From: a virus
Lineage: Duplodnaviria > Caudoviricetes
Length of the DNA: 60,834 bases
Direction: 5' to 3' (one strand)
Virus record (IMG/VR): IMGVR_UViG_3300044972_001994
Location: 1 to 60,834 of that record
Of the stretch, positions 59,399 to 60,834 are shown in pieces (the first letter of the stretch is position 1; every line of letters begins with the position of its first letter). Below the pieces are notes generated by a model that saw nothing but the letters and a program-made list of their open reading frames with translations, had not been told where the DNA came from and did no database searches. The position numbers and the translations under genes were made by a program.

Positions 59399-59950
59399 AT
59401 GATACTAAATTCGAGAGCCAATAGTTTTTACTTTGTTTTTCCGAAGGGATTTTTTCCACCCGATGTGGAGAGCAAATATTTTGCTTATATTAAGGGACAG
59501 TCTTTTCCTTATGACACTCTAACTCAGTTCATGAATAGCACGATTCAATCAATTTCTTTTCCTTCAATTCAAGCTACTAGTGTTACTCAAACTAGACCTT
59601 TAGGTAAAACCATTACTTATCAAAGTGCAACTCCAGTTCAAAACCTATTTTCACCGGGTGTTCAGGTTACTTTTAGAATGGGAGAAGGATTTATCAATTA
59701 CTTCGTAATGATGGAGACAATCTTAGCTCACTTAAATTTTAAAAATCCTGCTCTCTTTGTAGATAATCTTCCTCTTAGAATTCTGGACAATCAAGGAAAT
59801 ATTATCACGAGCGTTCTTTTTAAAGGGATAACAATAGCATCTCTTTCTGAGCTAAGTCTAAACTATACCCAAAATGCTCCAGCTGCCACTTCATTTAGTG
59901 TTGGATTTAACTATAATTATATTTCGATAGATCTAGAAATGGCTAGATAA
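59399..59950 (+). CDS. Tail tube-fold protein (gp3 terminator/gp19-like)
   Basis: QSISFPSI...VQVTFRMGEGFINY...LRILD...SLSELSLNY...FSVGFNY pattern of tube/terminator proteins; 183 aa. Confidence 0.6.
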   Translation: MILNSRANSFYFVFPKGFFPPDVESKYFAYIKGQSFPYDTLTQFMNSTIQSISFPSIQATSVTQTRPLGKTITYQSATPVQNLFSPGVQVTFRMGEGFINYFVMMETILAHLNFKNPALFVDNLPLRILDNQGNIITSVLFKGITIASLSELSLNYTQNAPAATSFSVGFNYNYISIDLEMAR

Positions 59951-59965
59951 TTTTTATCAAGATTA

Positions 59966-59973
59966 GATATATA
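59966..59973 (+). promoter_or_regulatory. Putative late promoter GATATATA
   Basis: 22 nt before the ATG at 59996. Confidence 0.65.
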
Positions 59974-59995
59974 AGGAATAAAATAATAGAAAACA

Positions 59996-60241
59996 ATGAG
60001 AAAATTTTCAGAACTTACCAAAATAAACGAGATGAAGTATGGTCAACCAATGTACGGAAAAAATGACCACAAACAGCACATGAAAGATGTGCTAGTTGCT
60101 GCTTCAGGTAACGATCAAAGGGTTTTAAACGATATAGTTGATTGTTTAACCGACGATCAAATGGAAAAGTGTTACGACAAGCTAGTTAAAGTTTATCAAT
60201 TTACAGGACAAGTAGGACAAGCAGTAAAGCCTAATATGTAA
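59996..60241 (+). CDS. Small putative internal head protein
   Basis: MRKFSELTKINE CTS-like leader; late-promoter motif upstream. Confidence 0.55.
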   Translation: MRKFSELTKINEMKYGQPMYGKNDHKQHMKDVLVAASGNDQRVLNDIVDCLTDDQMEKCYDKLVKVYQFTGQVGQAVKPNM

Positions 60242-60249
60242 TATAACCA

Positions 60250-60591
60250 ATGTCAAGTCTTCTGATTCAGATAAAATATGGTCTTGACTCTAATGGTAAT
60301 ATTCTAACACTATCTGTAAATCCCAAAAACGTTGGATCATATAGGTCAGAATTAAATAGGTTTTATATTTTTCTGAACGGGATAGACTATAGTTCAAACC
60401 CACTTCCTTCTTGTAGGAACTTCCAGACAAAGCTAGAATTTTTAGCGCCAACAGGGTCAATCGGAGCTACCGCAGCAGGTAACTTCATGGAAGGACTATG
60501 GAATAACGCAGTTTATGGATCAGATCTGATTAGCACGATAGACTTTCAAAGTCCTGGATTCTTATTTTATCAAACTATTTTATCCACTTAA
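60250..60591 (+). CDS. Hypothetical protein (GxTG/GATA-motif-bearing)
   Basis: 113-aa ORF containing APTGSIGATAAG. Confidence 0.55.
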   Translation: MSSLLIQIKYGLDSNGNILTLSVNPKNVGSYRSELNRFYIFLNGIDYSSNPLPSCRNFQTKLEFLAPTGSIGATAAGNFMEGLWNNAVYGSDLISTIDFQSPGFLFYQTILST

Positions 60592-60834
60592 TGAAGGCAA
60601 TAAGAATAGCACATATCTCGGGAGGTGAAAAAATGTACACCTCTTTCTCTTTGGACACCTTTTCGGAGATTAAAGCAGAAAAAGACTATGTCTATTTATT
60701 TTTTAACTCCCTAATTTATCAGAATCCCTATGTAGCTACTGCATATTATTATGGAACCAGAGTTGAGTTTTACAAAGCAGATTTTGGATATCAATTTTAT
60801 GGAGAAATAGTTCAAACCCTATCCCAGTTAAATT
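60591..60834 (+). CDS. Hypothetical protein, 3'-truncated (not in the ORF track)
   Basis: TAATG overlap with the previous stop; frame MKAIRIAHISGGEKMYTSFSLDTFSEIK...QTLSQLN stays open to the window end. Confidence 0.6.
   Translation, partial: MKAIRIAHISGGEKMYTSFSLDTFSEIKAEKDYVYLFFNSLIYQNPYVATAYYYGTRVEFYKADFGYQFYGEIVQTLSQLN

Noticed and set aside
1-60834. Alternative genetic code (TAG/TGA recoding as in some large phages)
   Set aside because: Very long ORFs are intact under code 11, coding density is near complete, and TAG terminates at least two genes (8208 and 11341).
1-60834. tRNA/rRNA genes, introns, inteins, homing endonucleases, DGR
   Set aside because: No intergenic space or cloverleaf motifs, no reverse transcriptase or nuclease motifs, and no adenine-specific repeat pair were seen by eye. 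A covariance-model scan would be needed to exclude small RNAs.

Overview
This window is a gene-dense, AT-rich segment of a large T4-like (myovirus-type) jumbo phage genome. Nearly all genes are on the + strand and use standard code 11. It covers much of the late/virion region. Head module: the 3' end of a scaffold gene with a 14-aa repeat, a gp23-like major capsid protein, and a strong terminator. Next comes a run of probable internal head proteins with T4 capsid-targeting-like N-termini, including a PG-binding protein and a CHAP amidase. Enzyme genes: an NMP kinase + AsnB-like amidotransferase pair and a Nudix hydrolase. Baseplate/neck module: gp53-, hub-, gp5-, gp13-, gp25-, gp6- and gp7-like genes, interrupted by a coupled ribosomal protein bS1 + amidoligase pair. 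Then PKD, beta-propeller and collagen-bearing fibre proteins, an inverted phoH, a spanin-like membrane protein and a gp3/gp19-like tube-fold protein. The bS1 type, the absence of Shine-Dalgarno sites and the membrane protein style suggest a Bacteroidota host (inference). Two promoter-like motif classes are visible: RATAWATA and GRAAC-N17/18-TATAA. The most unusual signals are (i) a G-x-T-G/A tetrapeptide dispersed through almost all outer virion proteins, a candidate virion glycosylation/modification sequon, (ii) the late-expressed bS1-amidoligase cassette, (iii) the family of CTS-tagged head cargo proteins including wall hydrolases, and (iv) the kinase-AsnB module. All family assignments come from motifs recognised by eye; no database searches were run.
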